Of a stretch of DNA of 64,000 nt, positions 39,843 through 50,919 are shown one piece after another. A program made the translations under genes and the position numbers. The notes beneath the pieces were generated by a model that made no database searches, was not told the DNA's origin, and saw only the letters and a list, made by a program, of their open reading frames with translations. The first letter of the stretch is position 1, and each line of letters opens with the position of its first letter. The DNA lies in the NCBI GenBank assembly GCA_021155045.1, contig JAJNQB010000014.1, positions 85,025-149,024 of the forward strand. The letters run 5' to 3'. The DNA comes from Arcticibacter sp. (GTDB lineage: Bacteria; Bacteroidota; Bacteroidia; 2-12-FULL-35-15).

Positions 39843-40848
39843 TTCCTTCTGTACAATTTTTACATATATCAATTTCAGCGCGAGAACGCAGTAAAGAACT
39901 TCTGAAATTATTATATTTATCATTATGCCAAATTGTTTTAAAACTTTCTTCTTTTAAATCGCCCAACTGATGCTTTGCATCTTTATCAAAGCAACAAGGC
40001 ACTATCAATCCATCCCATGTAATTACGGTACTATGCCATAATCTCCAACAATGATTTAACAATTTATTTTTAATTTCAAATGTTCCCTCCTTATTTTTTT
40101 TATAACGTGAATACGATTCAATTGTTGGAATTAAATCACTACCATTTTCATACTCATAAATTTGAGCTGTTTTAAATTTTATTTCATTTACCCCTAAATC
40201 TTTTGCTAATTTTTTTGCGTCTTCAATTTGGTGTTGATTAGGTTTAACTACTAAATATTGGAAAACAATATGCGGTGTAGAAGATTTTAGTTCATTTTTC
40301 CAATGAATAATGTTTTTTGTGCCTTCAATTACTTTAGATAAGTCTCCTCCTATCCTATACTGCTCATAAGTTTTTTGTGTTGTTCCATCAATAGAAATAA
40401 TCAAGCGTTTTAATCCACTTTCTATCGTTTTTTTTGCATTTTCATTATTCAAATAATGCGCATTCGTGGAAGTAGCAGTATAAATTTTTTTGTCCGATGC
40501 ATACTTAACCATTTCCAAAAATTTTGGATTTAAATAAGGTTCGCCTTGAAAATAAAAAATTAAATAAGCTGTATGCCTATAAATTTCATCAATTGTTTTT
40601 TCAAAAAAATTCTGTTGAAGCATTCCAGTCGGCCTTGTAAAATTTCTCAAACCGCTGGGGCATTCTGGACATCTTAAATTACAAGATGTTGTTGGCTCGA
40701 TACTTATACTTATAGGAACTCCCCATTGAATGGGCTTTTTTAGCCATTTAGCTAAATAAAAACTTATTAAAACTTTCTTTGCATTGAAAATTTTAGACAA
40801 AGACAAAGTGCCTATAAAATTTTTAGTATCTAATATTTTATTACCCAA
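39826..40848 (-). CDS. Radical SAM / SPASM-domain protein (peptide-maturase-like)
   Basis: The CxxxCxxC motif lies in EPTTSCNLRCPECPSG (PqqE-like CNLRCPxC). The C-terminal Cys-rich SPASM-like region is PCCFDKDAK...DICKNCTEG. Confidence 0.75.
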   Translation of the reverse strand: MGNKILDTKNFIGTLSLSKIFNAKKVLISFYLAKWLKKPIQWGVPISISIEPTTSCNLRCPECPSGLRNFTRPTGMLQQNFFEKTIDEIYRHTAYLIFYFQGEPYLNPKFLEMVKYASDKKIYTATSTNAHYLNNENAKKTIESGLKRLIISIDGTTQKTYEQYRIGGDLSKVIEGTKNIIHWKNELKSSTPHIVFQYLVVKPNQHQIEDAKKLAKDLGVNEIKFKTAQIYEYENGSDLIPTIESYSRYKKNKEGTFEIKNKLLNHCWRLWHSTVITWDGLIVPCCFDKDAKHQLGDLKEESFKTIWHNDKYNNFRSSLLRSRAEIDICKNCTEGTKVWN

Positions 40849-40900
40849 TGAAATTAAAGTATAACTTGTTTTGTAAAGGTAATAATCATTTTTTATCTAT

Positions 40901-40949
40901 TTGAAAACAAAAGAGGCAGCCGCTAGGCTGCCTCCTCATTATTTTTTTT
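40901..40949. terminator. Rho-independent terminator (9-bp GC stem GAGGCAGCC-GCTA-GGCTGCCTC) downstream of the T9SS cargo gene at 40959-41891, with T-runs on both strands
   Basis: Read from the sequence. It separates the rSAM gene from the upstream cargo gene's transcript. Confidence 0.65.
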
Positions 40950-40958
40950 CAAAATAAA

Positions 40959-41891
40959 TTATTTTGCTACTTCGAATTTTCCTCTGTGTACAATTTGTTT
41001 TTTATCATTTGTAATGGTATAAAGATATAAACCATTTGAAAAATTAAACGTTTCAATTGTTACTTTGCTATCATTCATTTTATATTCAGCAATGTTTCTT
41101 CCTGTAATATCCATAACTTGAATAAATGAAACATCGGCAGAGCTTTTAAAAGAAATTTGTTCCCTCGCAGGATTAGGATATTTAGTGATAGTAGCATTAC
41201 TTCCACTAATATCATCTATGCCCACATTACCTAACCATGTAAGAGCATCAATATAGAATGTACTACCTTGCTTAGCTCCATATGTTCTATAGATACTGGA
41301 AGAAACATAAACATGTTGAGAATCTGGAGCAACAATTGAGGCTCCCCAAGACAAAGTTAAATTTTGTGGTGTCCATGTTAATACTTGAGTATTAGTACCA
41401 AAAAAGCCTCTTGCCACCGTGTCTCTTTGAGTTCCAGCCCATTTAGTTAAATAAACAACAACAAATCCACTATCACCAATTACAGGATTGTATTTATAAG
41501 CAAAATCTAAAGATGCAGGAGTTTGTGTGAAAGGCTTTCCGAAAATAACAGGAGCAGTAGAAGATACTTGTGTTTTACCTGTAACTAATAAACCAACGGT
41601 ATCCATATTCTCGGCAGAGTTAAACGGATTAGGTATCATAACAGATGAAGGAAGTACTTCCGTAACTATTCTTGCTGATGTTGTTCCAACGTATGGAGCG
41701 GCTGTTTCTTTAAAAACAGTTTGATTCATCCCAGCAATTACCACAGCATTAAAACTTGCCCAGCCAACGGGATCTTGTATAGTAGAACTTAATGGAACAT
41801 TTGTCCATGTTTCAAATCCGTAATCAGGGGCTTGAGCAACTCCATTTGAAATGCTTGCACCAAGAATTAATGATAGTATAATTTTTTTCAT
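40959..41891 (-). CDS. T9SS type-A sorting-domain cargo protein
   Basis: Signal peptide. C-terminus KYPNPAREQISF...GLYLYTI...GKFEVAK. Confidence 0.75.
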   Translation of the reverse strand: MKKIILSLILGASISNGVAQAPDYGFETWTNVPLSSTIQDPVGWASFNAVVIAGMNQTVFKETAAPYVGTTSARIVTEVLPSSVMIPNPFNSAENMDTVGLLVTGKTQVSSTAPVIFGKPFTQTPASLDFAYKYNPVIGDSGFVVVYLTKWAGTQRDTVARGFFGTNTQVLTWTPQNLTLSWGASIVAPDSQHVYVSSSIYRTYGAKQGSTFYIDALTWLGNVGIDDISGSNATITKYPNPAREQISFKSSADVSFIQVMDITGRNIAEYKMNDSKVTIETFNFSNGLYLYTITNDKKQIVHRGKFEVAK

Positions 41892-42029
41892 AATATTTTT
41901 TTAAAAGTTAATATTTCAAAAGTATTTAATAAGTTTTGAATTAAAAATTAATTCTATTCAAATTCTTACTTATTCAAAAGAAAAACGCTCCATAAACTAG
42001 GAGCGCTTTTTACTTAGAAATAGGATTAA

Positions 42030-43106
42030 TTATTTAGCAACAGTAAATTTGCCTCTATTTAAAACAGAATTGTTTTTACCTACAATTGAATAAGTATAAA
42101 TTCCATTTGCTAAAGTTGAAACATCTATTTGCTGGTTGTTTACAGAAACGGAATAAGCATTCACCATTTTACCGGTGATATCATAAATTTGAATTGTTTG
42201 AGCTTTTGACGCATCTAAATTAAAGGTTATAACATCTTGAGCGGGATTAGGATAAACATTAATTGCTTCAGCATTAACATGCTCATTTATTCCTACTATT
42301 GGTAATGATGGCAACCAAGTTGCGCTCATAGCATTTTCGGTAACCCAATCAACCGTAATGGACGCTAAGTTAAATCCAATACCATTTGCCCACCAATCAT
42401 AAGTTTTAGAAGAATCCATTGTTTGTTGAACATCAAACCAACCTGTAAATGAATTATATGCAAATAAAGAATCTGTATTCCATTTTAAAGTTTCAACTCT
42501 TAATGCATTATAAGTTCCAAGTGGCGTTGTTACTGAACCCCAACCATCGAAGGTTACTGTTTTTGTAACATTAGAAACTATCTTGAAAGAATCAATTGTA
42601 AATCCTATTCCTGGATCGTATCCATAATAAAAACTTCCTTTGCTAACGTACGTATTGTTAAAGTTTGAATTATACGTTGAAGGGAAATTGGTAATGATTT
42701 CTGCTGGATTGTTCTTAATAACTCCTGTGGCAGGGTTTCCTGCAATATCAAGGGTTGCTTGAATTCCAAGCGCTGTCAAACTAGAAGAATTGTTAACAGC
42801 AAATACATTTGTGTTTTGCCCTTGTTGTTTCATTTTAATAACAAGATTGGCTGTTGGAAAGCTACTTGCTCCTGGAACACCTACTGGAGAAACAAAATGC
42901 ATTGTATCTTGTGTGTGATTATTTAACGCACTTAAATTCCATGTTTGACTTGTACCAGAATTACCAATATTAACAGTTGGCATGGTATCGTTTCTTTGAA
43001 AAATAGTTTTACCAATAGTTGCAATATCGGAAGTTGTAATTGAAATTTGCGCACTAACTGATAGCGCAAAAAATGCTGTTGATAATAATAGTAGTTGTTT
43101 TTTCAT
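42030..43106 (-). CDS. T9SS type-A sorting-domain cargo protein (paralogous CTD)
   Basis: Signal peptide. C-terminus VYPNPAQDVITF...GIYTYSI...GKFTVAK. Confidence 0.75.
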   Translation of the reverse strand: MKKQLLLLSTAFFALSVSAQISITTSDIATIGKTIFQRNDTMPTVNIGNSGTSQTWNLSALNNHTQDTMHFVSPVGVPGASSFPTANLVIKMKQQGQNTNVFAVNNSSSLTALGIQATLDIAGNPATGVIKNNPAEIITNFPSTYNSNFNNTYVSKGSFYYGYDPGIGFTIDSFKIVSNVTKTVTFDGWGSVTTPLGTYNALRVETLKWNTDSLFAYNSFTGWFDVQQTMDSSKTYDWWANGIGFNLASITVDWVTENAMSATWLPSLPIVGINEHVNAEAINVYPNPAQDVITFNLDASKAQTIQIYDITGKMVNAYSVSVNNQQIDVSTLANGIYTYSIVGKNNSVLNRGKFTVAK

Positions 43107-43212
43107 GAGATTATTTTATTTGGTTATTTTTAAAAAGTAAATGTTTAATCAAAAATAGAATATTTTTCGTGATTTTTAATAGCTCGTATCAAAAATAAAA
43201 TCAGTTTCTTAC

Positions 43213-45057
43213 TTATACAAAAGATTGTAAATCGTATAACTTTTTATAGGTGCCCCCCTTTTCCAATAATTGGTTGTGATTTCCTCTTTCAACAATGAGT
43301 CCTTTTTGCATAACAATAATTTCATCCGCATGTTGAATAGTTGATAAACGATGCGCAATTACAATGGAAGTCCTATTTTTCATCAATTTATTAAGTGCAT
43401 CTTGCACCAATCTTTCGCTTTCTGTATCTAAAGCCGATGTTGCTTCATCTAAAATTAAAATGGGTGGATTTTTCAATACAGCTCTTGCAATGCTTATCCT
43501 TTGACGTTGTCCTCCCGACATTTTTCCCCCTCTATCTCCAATATTAGTTTGATATCCATTTGGCATTTGAGAAATAAACTCGTGTGCATTAGCAATTTTT
43601 GCAGCTTCTATAACTTGTTGTTCAGTAACATTATCTATTCCAAAAGCTATATTATTAAAAACTGTATCATTAAACAAAATAGATTCTTGGGTTACAATAC
43701 CCATTAAATTTCTAAGATCTTTAATTTTAGATTGTTTCAAAGGTGTACCATCTATTAGTATCTCTCCATTAGTTGTATCATAAAAACGAGGAAGCATGTC
43801 CGCCAAAGTAGTTTTGCCAGAACCCGACTGGCCAACCAATGCAATTGCTTTTCCTTTTTCAATTTTCAAATTGATATTATCTAATACCCAACCTATTTCT
43901 CCTTGTCTGTAAGCAAAAGAAACATTTTTATATTCAATTTCTTTTTCAAAAGAATTAATTGTTTTTGCATTTTCTGCATCTTTTATTGAAACTTCGGCAC
44001 TTAAAATTTTATCGATACGCTCAGCAGAAGCCATCCCTTTTTGAATGCTAGAGTATGCACTTGCAAAAGCTTTTGCAGGTGTAAGCAATTGCGAAAACAT
44101 TGCCAGATAAGTTATAAAAACTGCTCCATCCATTGATTTATCTTGAATAACCATTATTCCACCAAAATAAAGCAGTATTACCAAAACCGTAACGCCAAAA
44201 AATTCACTCAAAGGCGAAGCTAAATCGCCTTTTCGAGTTACACGAATACCAATTTTAGTAAATAAATTATTTTCTTCTTCAAATTTTTCATTTACTTTTT
44301 TCTCAGCATTAAAGCCTTTTATGATTCTTAATCCGCCCAACGTTTCGTCCATCATAGAAAGTATAATTCCCATTTTTTCTTTTGCTTTTCCAGACGAACG
44401 CCTTAAACTGCGCCCCACTTTTCCAATTAAAATAACAGTTATAGGAAGCAATATAAATGCTATTAACGTTAGCTTAGGACTCATAGCAAGCATCATCACT
44501 AAAAATATGGTGATGCTTAATGGTTCTCTGAAAATCATTTCAAGCGATTGCATGATATTCCATTCAATATCTTGAACATCAGTTGTCATACGGCTTATGA
44601 TATCTCCTTTTCTTTCTTCTGAATAATACGAAAGCGGTAGATCTAATGTTTTTTTAAATATTTTATTTCTTAAATCTTTTACAACACCATTCCTAATAGG
44701 CGCCAAACTATACATTGCTAAATAACGGAATAAGTTTTTGAAAAAAATTGTAGAAATAATAAACACACAAATAGCAAACAAAACATAGATTTTACCATTA
44801 TCAATTGTAGCTTCAGCAAGTGTATAGTTAATATAGTTTAATATTGCATCTGTTGAAAAAGAAAAAATAGGTTTACCTTTTTCAACAAGCTGAACAAGCT
44901 TTGTGGAATCATCAGAAAATAACACCTGCAAAAAAGGGAAAAGCATCGCAATTGAAAACACCGAAAATACTACTGATAAAATATTGAATGTGATATTCCA
45001 AACAGCATACTTCCAATAACCTTTTAAGTAGGGAAAAAAGCCAAAAACATTTTTCAT
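43213..45057 (-). CDS. ABC transporter ATP-binding/permease protein (MsbA-like exporter)
   Basis: Six-TM N-terminal domain followed by an NBD with GQSGSGKTT, LSGGQRQR and ILILDEATSALD. Confidence 0.85.
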   Translation of the reverse strand: MKNVFGFFPYLKGYWKYAVWNITFNILSVVFSVFSIAMLFPFLQVLFSDDSTKLVQLVEKGKPIFSFSTDAILNYINYTLAEATIDNGKIYVLFAICVFIISTIFFKNLFRYLAMYSLAPIRNGVVKDLRNKIFKKTLDLPLSYYSEERKGDIISRMTTDVQDIEWNIMQSLEMIFREPLSITIFLVMMLAMSPKLTLIAFILLPITVILIGKVGRSLRRSSGKAKEKMGIILSMMDETLGGLRIIKGFNAEKKVNEKFEEENNLFTKIGIRVTRKGDLASPLSEFFGVTVLVILLYFGGIMVIQDKSMDGAVFITYLAMFSQLLTPAKAFASAYSSIQKGMASAERIDKILSAEVSIKDAENAKTINSFEKEIEYKNVSFAYRQGEIGWVLDNINLKIEKGKAIALVGQSGSGKTTLADMLPRFYDTTNGEILIDGTPLKQSKIKDLRNLMGIVTQESILFNDTVFNNIAFGIDNVTEQQVIEAAKIANAHEFISQMPNGYQTNIGDRGGKMSGGQRQRISIARAVLKNPPILILDEATSALDTESERLVQDALNKLMKNRTSIVIAHRLSTIQHADEIIVMQKGLIVERGNHNQLLEKGGTYKKLYDLQSFV

Positions 45058-45096
45058 TTATTCTTTTCTTGTTTTTTTGAAAGCACAAATATACGT

Positions 45097-45123
45097 TTTG
45101 TTGGGCTTTATTTGTTAATTTTG
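45097..45123 (+). promoter_or_regulatory. Possible Bacteroidota sigma-A promoter (-33 TTTG, -7 TAATTTTG) upstream of rbfA
   Basis: The -7 motif TAnnTTTG lies ~23 bp upstream of the ATG. The TTTG spacing of 15 nt is shorter than the consensus 19-21. Confidence 0.3.
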
Positions 45124-45145
45124 AATTTCATAAAAAATTATAAAA

Positions 45146-45484
45146 ATGGATTCTACAAGGCAGTTAAAAGTTTCGAGGTTGGTACAAAAAGAATTGGGAG
45201 AAATTTTTCAACGCGAAACACGCTTGTTATTTGGCAATGCATTAATTACCGTTACAGTTGTAAGAGTGAGCCCCGACTTATCTGTTGCTAGGGTTTATGT
45301 GAGCTTATTTAATGTTCCTGATCCTAAAGTATTACTGAAATCAATTCAAGAAAACACAAAAGAAATAAGAACAAAATTAGCTACTCGAATAAAAAAACAA
45401 GTACGTGTTATTCCTAATCTAGTTTTTTTCCATGATGACTCATTGGATTACGCAATGCGTATTGACGAACTTTTAAAAAAATAA
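45146..45484 (+). CDS. rbfA: Ribosome-binding factor A
   Basis: RbfA KH-like length, with an N-terminus RQLKVSRLVQKELGEIF. Confidence 0.85.
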   Translation: MDSTRQLKVSRLVQKELGEIFQRETRLLFGNALITVTVVRVSPDLSVARVYVSLFNVPDPKVLLKSIQENTKEIRTKLATRIKKQVRVIPNLVFFHDDSLDYAMRIDELLKK

Positions 45485-45500
45485 TTTTCTTAACAACCCC

Positions 45501-46712
45501 TTGAATTTACCTATTTTCATAGCAAAACGATATTTGATTTCAAAAAAATCGCACAATGCAATTAACGTAATCTCATACATTGCCATTACAGGAGTTTGCA
45601 TTGCTACTATGGCTTTAGTAATAGTTTTGTCTGCATTTAATGGTTTATCGGATTTAGTAAAATCACTATACAATTCATTTGATGCAGAAATTAAAATCAG
45701 TCCAATAATTGGAAAAACATTTCTTTCAAATAGTGCTGAGTTGGCTGAATTAAAAAAAATAAAAGACATTGCTTTTTATACCGAAGTAATAGAATCAAAA
45801 GCCCTTTTAAAATACAAAAACAAACAAGCAATCGTTACTATAAAAGGTGTGAGTGCTGATTTTTTAAAAATGAGTGAATTCAACAATTTGATTCATGATG
45901 GAGAATTTAATATTGAAAAAAACAATGTGGTAATGGGTAAAGGAATTTATTATAAACTGCAAACAAGTATAAATGATTTTTCATCACCATTATCCATTTT
46001 CGCTCCCAAAAGAGGAAACACAAATTCTATCAATCCTGATGACGGTTTAAATGAAATAAAAGCTTTTACCGCTGGCACTTTCAGCATTAACGATGATTTT
46101 GATGATAAGTATGTAATTATGAACATTGAAAATGCTCGTGCTATTTTCGATTACACAAACGAAATCACATCAATAGAATTGAAACTCCAAAGTACTGCGA
46201 ACAAACAATCAATCGAAGAAAAAATAAAATCAATTCTTGGAAAAAATTTTACAATTCAAAATAAAGAAGAACAAAATGCCTTGCTATTTAAAACGTTTAA
46301 ATCCGAAAAATTATGGACGTTTATAATACTTGTATTCATATTAATAATTGCCACATTTAATGTGATTGGCTCCATTACTATGCTTATCATAGAAAAGAAA
46401 AAAGACATTGCTATTTTATCACATTTGGGTGCTGATTCAAAAACCATAAAAAAAATATTTTTATCAGAAGGCTTAATGATCAGCCTTGTTGGTGCTTTAT
46501 CAGGATTAATTCTTGGCGTTTTATTTTGCTGGATTCAAATAAAATTTTCCATCATTACTTTTTCTGAAGGTTATGTGGTAGATGCATACCCAGTAAAAAT
46601 GGAAATTACAGATATTTGCTTAATTTTGCTCATTGTACTTGTAGTTGGCTTTTTTGCGGCATGGTACCCTATTCAAAATTTATTTAAAACAAAATCAAAC
46701 GCTTTAAACTAA
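45501..46712 (+). CDS. LolC/LolE-like FtsX-family ABC transporter permease
   Basis: N-terminal TM, then a large periplasmic loop, then a C-terminal 3-TM FtsX domain. Confidence 0.8.
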   Translation: MNLPIFIAKRYLISKKSHNAINVISYIAITGVCIATMALVIVLSAFNGLSDLVKSLYNSFDAEIKISPIIGKTFLSNSAELAELKKIKDIAFYTEVIESKALLKYKNKQAIVTIKGVSADFLKMSEFNNLIHDGEFNIEKNNVVMGKGIYYKLQTSINDFSSPLSIFAPKRGNTNSINPDDGLNEIKAFTAGTFSINDDFDDKYVIMNIENARAIFDYTNEITSIELKLQSTANKQSIEEKIKSILGKNFTIQNKEEQNALLFKTFKSEKLWTFIILVFILIIATFNVIGSITMLIIEKKKDIAILSHLGADSKTIKKIFLSEGLMISLVGALSGLILGVLFCWIQIKFSIITFSEGYVVDAYPVKMEITDICLILLIVLVVGFFAAWYPIQNLFKTKSNALN

Positions 46713-46716
46713 AAAA

Positions 46717-47358
46717 ATGAAAAAAATAGTACTCTTCTTATTTGCAATTACTTCATCGATTGCTTTTTCACAAACTATTAATTGTATTGATTTTTGTGTT
46801 TTGTCTATCAACAATATAGATACAGTTGCAAATACCCTAGATGTTACCATCTATAATGGAGATACCAACCAAGTAAATTATCCAACCGTAGTTGTTACCG
46901 ATGCAATGGGAGATACAGTAGCAAACATCAATAATCAATTTTACTATTTTGCACAAATGGACAGTACTACTCTTGTTCATACTATTCCTACAACGTTAAA
47001 TACCATTCCTACTGGATTTACAGGAACAGTATATCTAACGGATAGGATTTGGGACATTACTTGCTCTTTTGCATATCCAATGACTTGTACGGTAGGAATT
47101 GCTGAGCAGGAAATTGCTACAAACAATGTTACTCTTTTTCCGAATCCTAGTTCTGATAATTTTAACATTGTAATTGTAAATAATGAGTGGAACAATGCTA
47201 CAATATCAATACTTGATTATACTGGCAAACTGATTGAAGAAATAAAACCTCAATCTTCTATAACAACTATTTATAGAGGAAATATGAGTTCAGGATTCTA
47301 TTTTGTCGTTACCAAAACTCCTAAAACAAGTTATACCAACAAATTGATTATAAAATAG
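46717..47358 (+). CDS. Small T9SS type-A sorting-domain protein
   Basis: Signal peptide. C-terminus LFPNPSSDNFNI...GFYFVV. Confidence 0.7.
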   Translation: MKKIVLFLFAITSSIAFSQTINCIDFCVLSINNIDTVANTLDVTIYNGDTNQVNYPTVVVTDAMGDTVANINNQFYYFAQMDSTTLVHTIPTTLNTIPTGFTGTVYLTDRIWDITCSFAYPMTCTVGIAEQEIATNNVTLFPNPSSDNFNIVIVNNEWNNATISILDYTGKLIEEIKPQSSITTIYRGNMSSGFYFVVTKTPKTSYTNKLIIK

Positions 47359-47493
47359 CCACGAATCATCTCTTTTTCTGTTAATTTGTCATAATTTCCC
47401 AAAGGGAATAATCTTTGACTTTTAGAGCCTAAACTCTTGCAAAAAATGTTATTTTTGTAGCCCTTATATTAACAGTAAAACCTATTATTACTA

Positions 47494-50400
47494 ATGTTAG
47501 ACTTAATCACCAAAAACATTTCTAAACTATTTGGAACAAAATCCGATAGAGATTTAAAAGAAATAAATCCCATCGTTGATAAAATATTAGCAGAATATGC
47601 CAAATTATCAGCCATATCAAATGATGCACTTCGTGAAAAAACAGCAACATTCAAATCAACAATTACAAACTATACTAAAGCAGAACAAACTCAAATAAAT
47701 GAGTTAAAAGATAAAGCTGAAAACGATTCTCAATTGAGCATTGATGAAAAAGAAAAAATCTATGAACAAATTGATGAGTTAGAAAAAGAAGTTGTAAAAA
47801 AAGAAAAAGAAGTTTTAGCCGAAATACTTCCTGAAGCTTTTGCTGTGATGAAAGAAACGGCTCGCAGATTTAAAGAAAATTCAAAAATAGAAGTTACTGC
47901 TTCTGCAATGGATAAAAACATTGCTGCTAAACGTAAATCTGTTGAAATAGTCGGAGATAAAGCTTTTTGGCATAACACATGGATTGCCGCTGGTAATGAA
48001 GTTACTTGGGACATGGTACATTATGATGTTCAGTTGATTGGTGGTATTGTATTACATGACGGAAAAATTGCTGAAATGGCAACAGGTGAAGGAAAAACAC
48101 TTGTTGGAACATTGCCAATTTATTTGAATGCACTTACAGGAAGGGGAGTTCACATTGTAACGGTAAACACTTATTTATCAAAACGTGACTCTGAATGGAA
48201 TGGTCCTTTATTTGAATTTCATGGACTTTCTGTTGATTGTATTGATTTGCATGAGCCCAATTCAGAAGCGCGCAGACTAGCTTACTTAGCTGATATCACA
48301 TACGGAACAAATAATGAATTTGGTTTTGATTATCTGCGTGATAACATGGCGCGAAGCCCAGAAGATTTGGTTCAACGCCCACATAATTATGCTATCGTGG
48401 ATGAGGTAGATAGTGTTTTGATTGATGATGCAAGAACGCCATTAATCATTTCTGGTCCAACACCTAAAGGTGATGATCAAGAATTTTCTCAACTAAAACC
48501 AAGAATTGAAAAAATTGTAACAGCACAAAAAGCTTTCGTAAATACTGCATTAACGGAAGCAAAAAAATTGATTGCTGAAGGCAAAACAGGAGAAAAAGAA
48601 GGCGAAGGAGGAATGGCATTACTAAGAGCTCACAGAGGCTTGCCAAAAAACAAAGCCATTATTAAATATTTAAGCGAACCAGGCATTAGAGCGATTTTAC
48701 AAAAAACAGAAAACCACTATTTGCAGGATCAATCACGTGAAATGCACAAAGTAGATGAGCAATTATTTTTTGTGATTAATGAAAAACAAAATTCTATTGA
48801 ATTAACCGAAAAAGGAATTGAATTAATTTCTAATTCTTCAGAAGATGCAAAGTTTTTTGTACTGCCAGATGTTGGTTCAGAAATTGTTGCAATAGAAAAA
48901 TCGACCCTTCCGTTAGAAGAAAAAGCAAAACAAAAAGAAGAATTAATTCGAGATTTTTCAATAAAATCAGAACGTGTTCATACCATCAATCAATTATTAA
49001 AAGCATATACCCTTTTTGAAAAAGATGTTGAATATGTAATTATTGATAGTAAAGTTAAAATTGTAGATGAACAAACTGGGCGTATCATGGAAGGAAGAAG
49101 ATACTCGGATGGTTTGCATCAAGCAATTGAAGCAAAAGAAAATGTAAAAGTAGAAGCAGCCACACAAACGTATGCTACAATCACTTTGCAAAATTATTTC
49201 CGTATGTATAACAAACTTTCTGGGATGACAGGAACTGCAGAAACAGAAGCAGGAGAGTTTTGGGATATCTACAAATTAGATGTAGTAACCATTCCTACGA
49301 ACAGACCTATTCAACGTAAAGACCATGAAGATTTAGTTTTTAAAACTACCAGAGAAAAATACAATGCTGTAATTGATGAAGTTGTAAAATGTGTGGAAGC
49401 AGGACGACCTGTTTTAGTTGGTACAACATCTGTTGAAATTTCTGAATTATTAAGTAGAATGCTTAAACTTCGTGGCATCAAACACAATGTATTAAATGCT
49501 AAACTACATCAACGTGAAGCCGAAATTGTTGCTGAAGCAGGATTAGCAGGTACGGTTACCATTGCAACAAACATGGCTGGTCGTGGAACTGATATTAAAC
49601 TTGGACCAGGAGTAAAAGATGCAGGAGGTTTAGCAATTATTGGTACAGAACGCCATGATAGTAGACGCGTGGACAGACAGTTAAGAGGTCGTGCGGGACG
49701 ACAAGGCGATCCAGGCTCTTCACAATTTTTTGCTTCTTTAGAAGATTCATTGATGCGTTTGTTTGGTTCAGAACGAATTGCAAAAATGATGGACAGAATG
49801 GGAATTGAAGAAGGAGAAGTAATTCAACATTCCATGATTACAAAATCCATCGAAAGAGCACAAAAGAAAGTGGAAGAAAATAATTTTGGTGTTCGTAAAC
49901 GATTGATTGAATATGATGATGTGATGAATTCGCAACGTGAAGTTGTTTACAAAAAAAGAAAACACGCCTTGTATGGCGAACGACTTGCATTGGATGTTGC
50001 AAATGCTATTTATGATACTTGCGATAGCATTGTAAATGAATATCATGATGCGAAAGATTTTGAAGGATTTAAAATTGAATTATTAAGAGTATTAGCAATT
50101 GAATCTCCATTCAATGAAAATGAATTTTTAAAATTGAATACACATGAACTTGCTCAACAAGTTTATGGATTGGCAGACTCAACCTACAAACATAAATGCG
50201 AACAAATAGCATCAAAAGCTTATCCTGTTATCAAAGATGTTTATACCAACCAAGGAAATACATTTGAAAATATTGTTACACCTTTAGGTGATGGAATAAA
50301 AACGTTGCAAGTAGTAATAAATTTAAAACGTGCTTTTGAAACTAAAGGAAGAGAATTGGTACTAGGTTTAGAAAAAGGAACGGTGTTAGCAATGATTGAT

Positions 50401-50790
50401 GATTCTTGGAAAGAGCATTTACGTGAGATGGACGATTTAAAACAATCGGTACAGAATGCTGTTTACGAACAAAAAGACCCATTATTGATTTATAAGTTTG
50501 AATCATTTGAATTATTTAAACAAATGATGACGAGTGTAAATAAAGAAATAGTTTCATTTTTAATGCGAGCTAATTTGCCAAATGAAAATGCAAATGTTCA
50601 ACAAGCAAGAGTACAAGCTAAACCGAAAGAACAAATACAAACTGGCAGAAGCGAAGTTGGTTCTAATAATTCAGGAGAAGAGCAAGAACGCCCAAAATCA
50701 CAACCTATAAAAGCAGAAGTAAAAGTAGGAAGAAACGATCCTTGCCCTTGTGGAAGTGGTAAAAAATTTAAAAATTGTCATGGGCAATAA
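47494..50790 (+). CDS. secA: Preprotein translocase ATPase SecA
   Basis: DEAD-motor Walker A (MATGEGKT), length 1098 aa and a C-terminal zinc-binding [14 protein letters not shown]. Confidence 0.95.
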   Translation: MLDLITKNISKLFGTKSDRDLKEINPIVDKILAEYAKLSAISNDALREKTATFKSTITNYTKAEQTQINELKDKAENDSQLSIDEKEKIYEQIDELEKEVVKKEKEVLAEILPEAFAVMKETARRFKENSKIEVTASAMDKNIAAKRKSVEIVGDKAFWHNTWIAAGNEVTWDMVHYDVQLIGGIVLHDGKIAEMATGEGKTLVGTLPIYLNALTGRGVHIVTVNTYLSKRDSEWNGPLFEFHGLSVDCIDLHEPNSEARRLAYLADITYGTNNEFGFDYLRDNMARSPEDLVQRPHNYAIVDEVDSVLIDDARTPLIISGPTPKGDDQEFSQLKPRIEKIVTAQKAFVNTALTEAKKLIAEGKTGEKEGEGGMALLRAHRGLPKNKAIIKYLSEPGIRAILQKTENHYLQDQSREMHKVDEQLFFVINEKQNSIELTEKGIELISNSSEDAKFFVLPDVGSEIVAIEKSTLPLEEKAKQKEELIRDFSIKSERVHTINQLLKAYTLFEKDVEYVIIDSKVKIVDEQTGRIMEGRRYSDGLHQAIEAKENVKVEAATQTYATITLQNYFRMYNKLSGMTGTAETEAGEFWDIYKLDVVTIPTNRPIQRKDHEDLVFKTTREKYNAVIDEVVKCVEAGRPVLVGTTSVEISELLSRMLKLRGIKHNVLNAKLHQREAEIVAEAGLAGTVTIATNMAGRGTDIKLGPGVKDAGGLAIIGTERHDSRRVDRQLRGRAGRQGDPGSSQFFASLEDSLMRLFGSERIAKMMDRMGIEEGEVIQHSMITKSIERAQKKVEENNFGVRKRLIEYDDVMNSQREVVYKKRKHALYGERLALDVANAIYDTCDSIVNEYHDAKDFEGFKIELLRVLAIESPFNENEFLKLNTHELAQQVYGLADSTYKHKCEQIASKAYPVIKDVYTNQGNTFENIVTPLGDGIKTLQVVINLKRAFETKGRELVLGLEKGTVLAMIDDSWKEHLREMDDLKQSVQNAVYEQKDPLLIYKFESFELFKQMMTSVNKEIVSFLMRANLPNENANVQQARVQAKPKEQIQTGRSEVGSNNSGEEQERPKSQPIKAEVKVGRNDPCPCGSGKKFKNCHGQ

Positions 50791-50808
50791 TTGAAATTTT
50801 AATAAACA

Positions 50809-50845
50809 AAAAAATCCTCAACATTTCTGAAGAGGATTTTTTTGA
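50809..50845 (+). terminator. Rho-independent terminator after secA
   Basis: AAAATCCTC...GAGGATTTTTTT stem, followed by a T-run. Confidence 0.55.
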
Positions 50846-50919
50846 TTATAAACTAAACCCAACCGCACAATGAAAAACGTCAACTATCGGGGTGATATTA
50901 TTTGTTTTTCAAGATTTTT

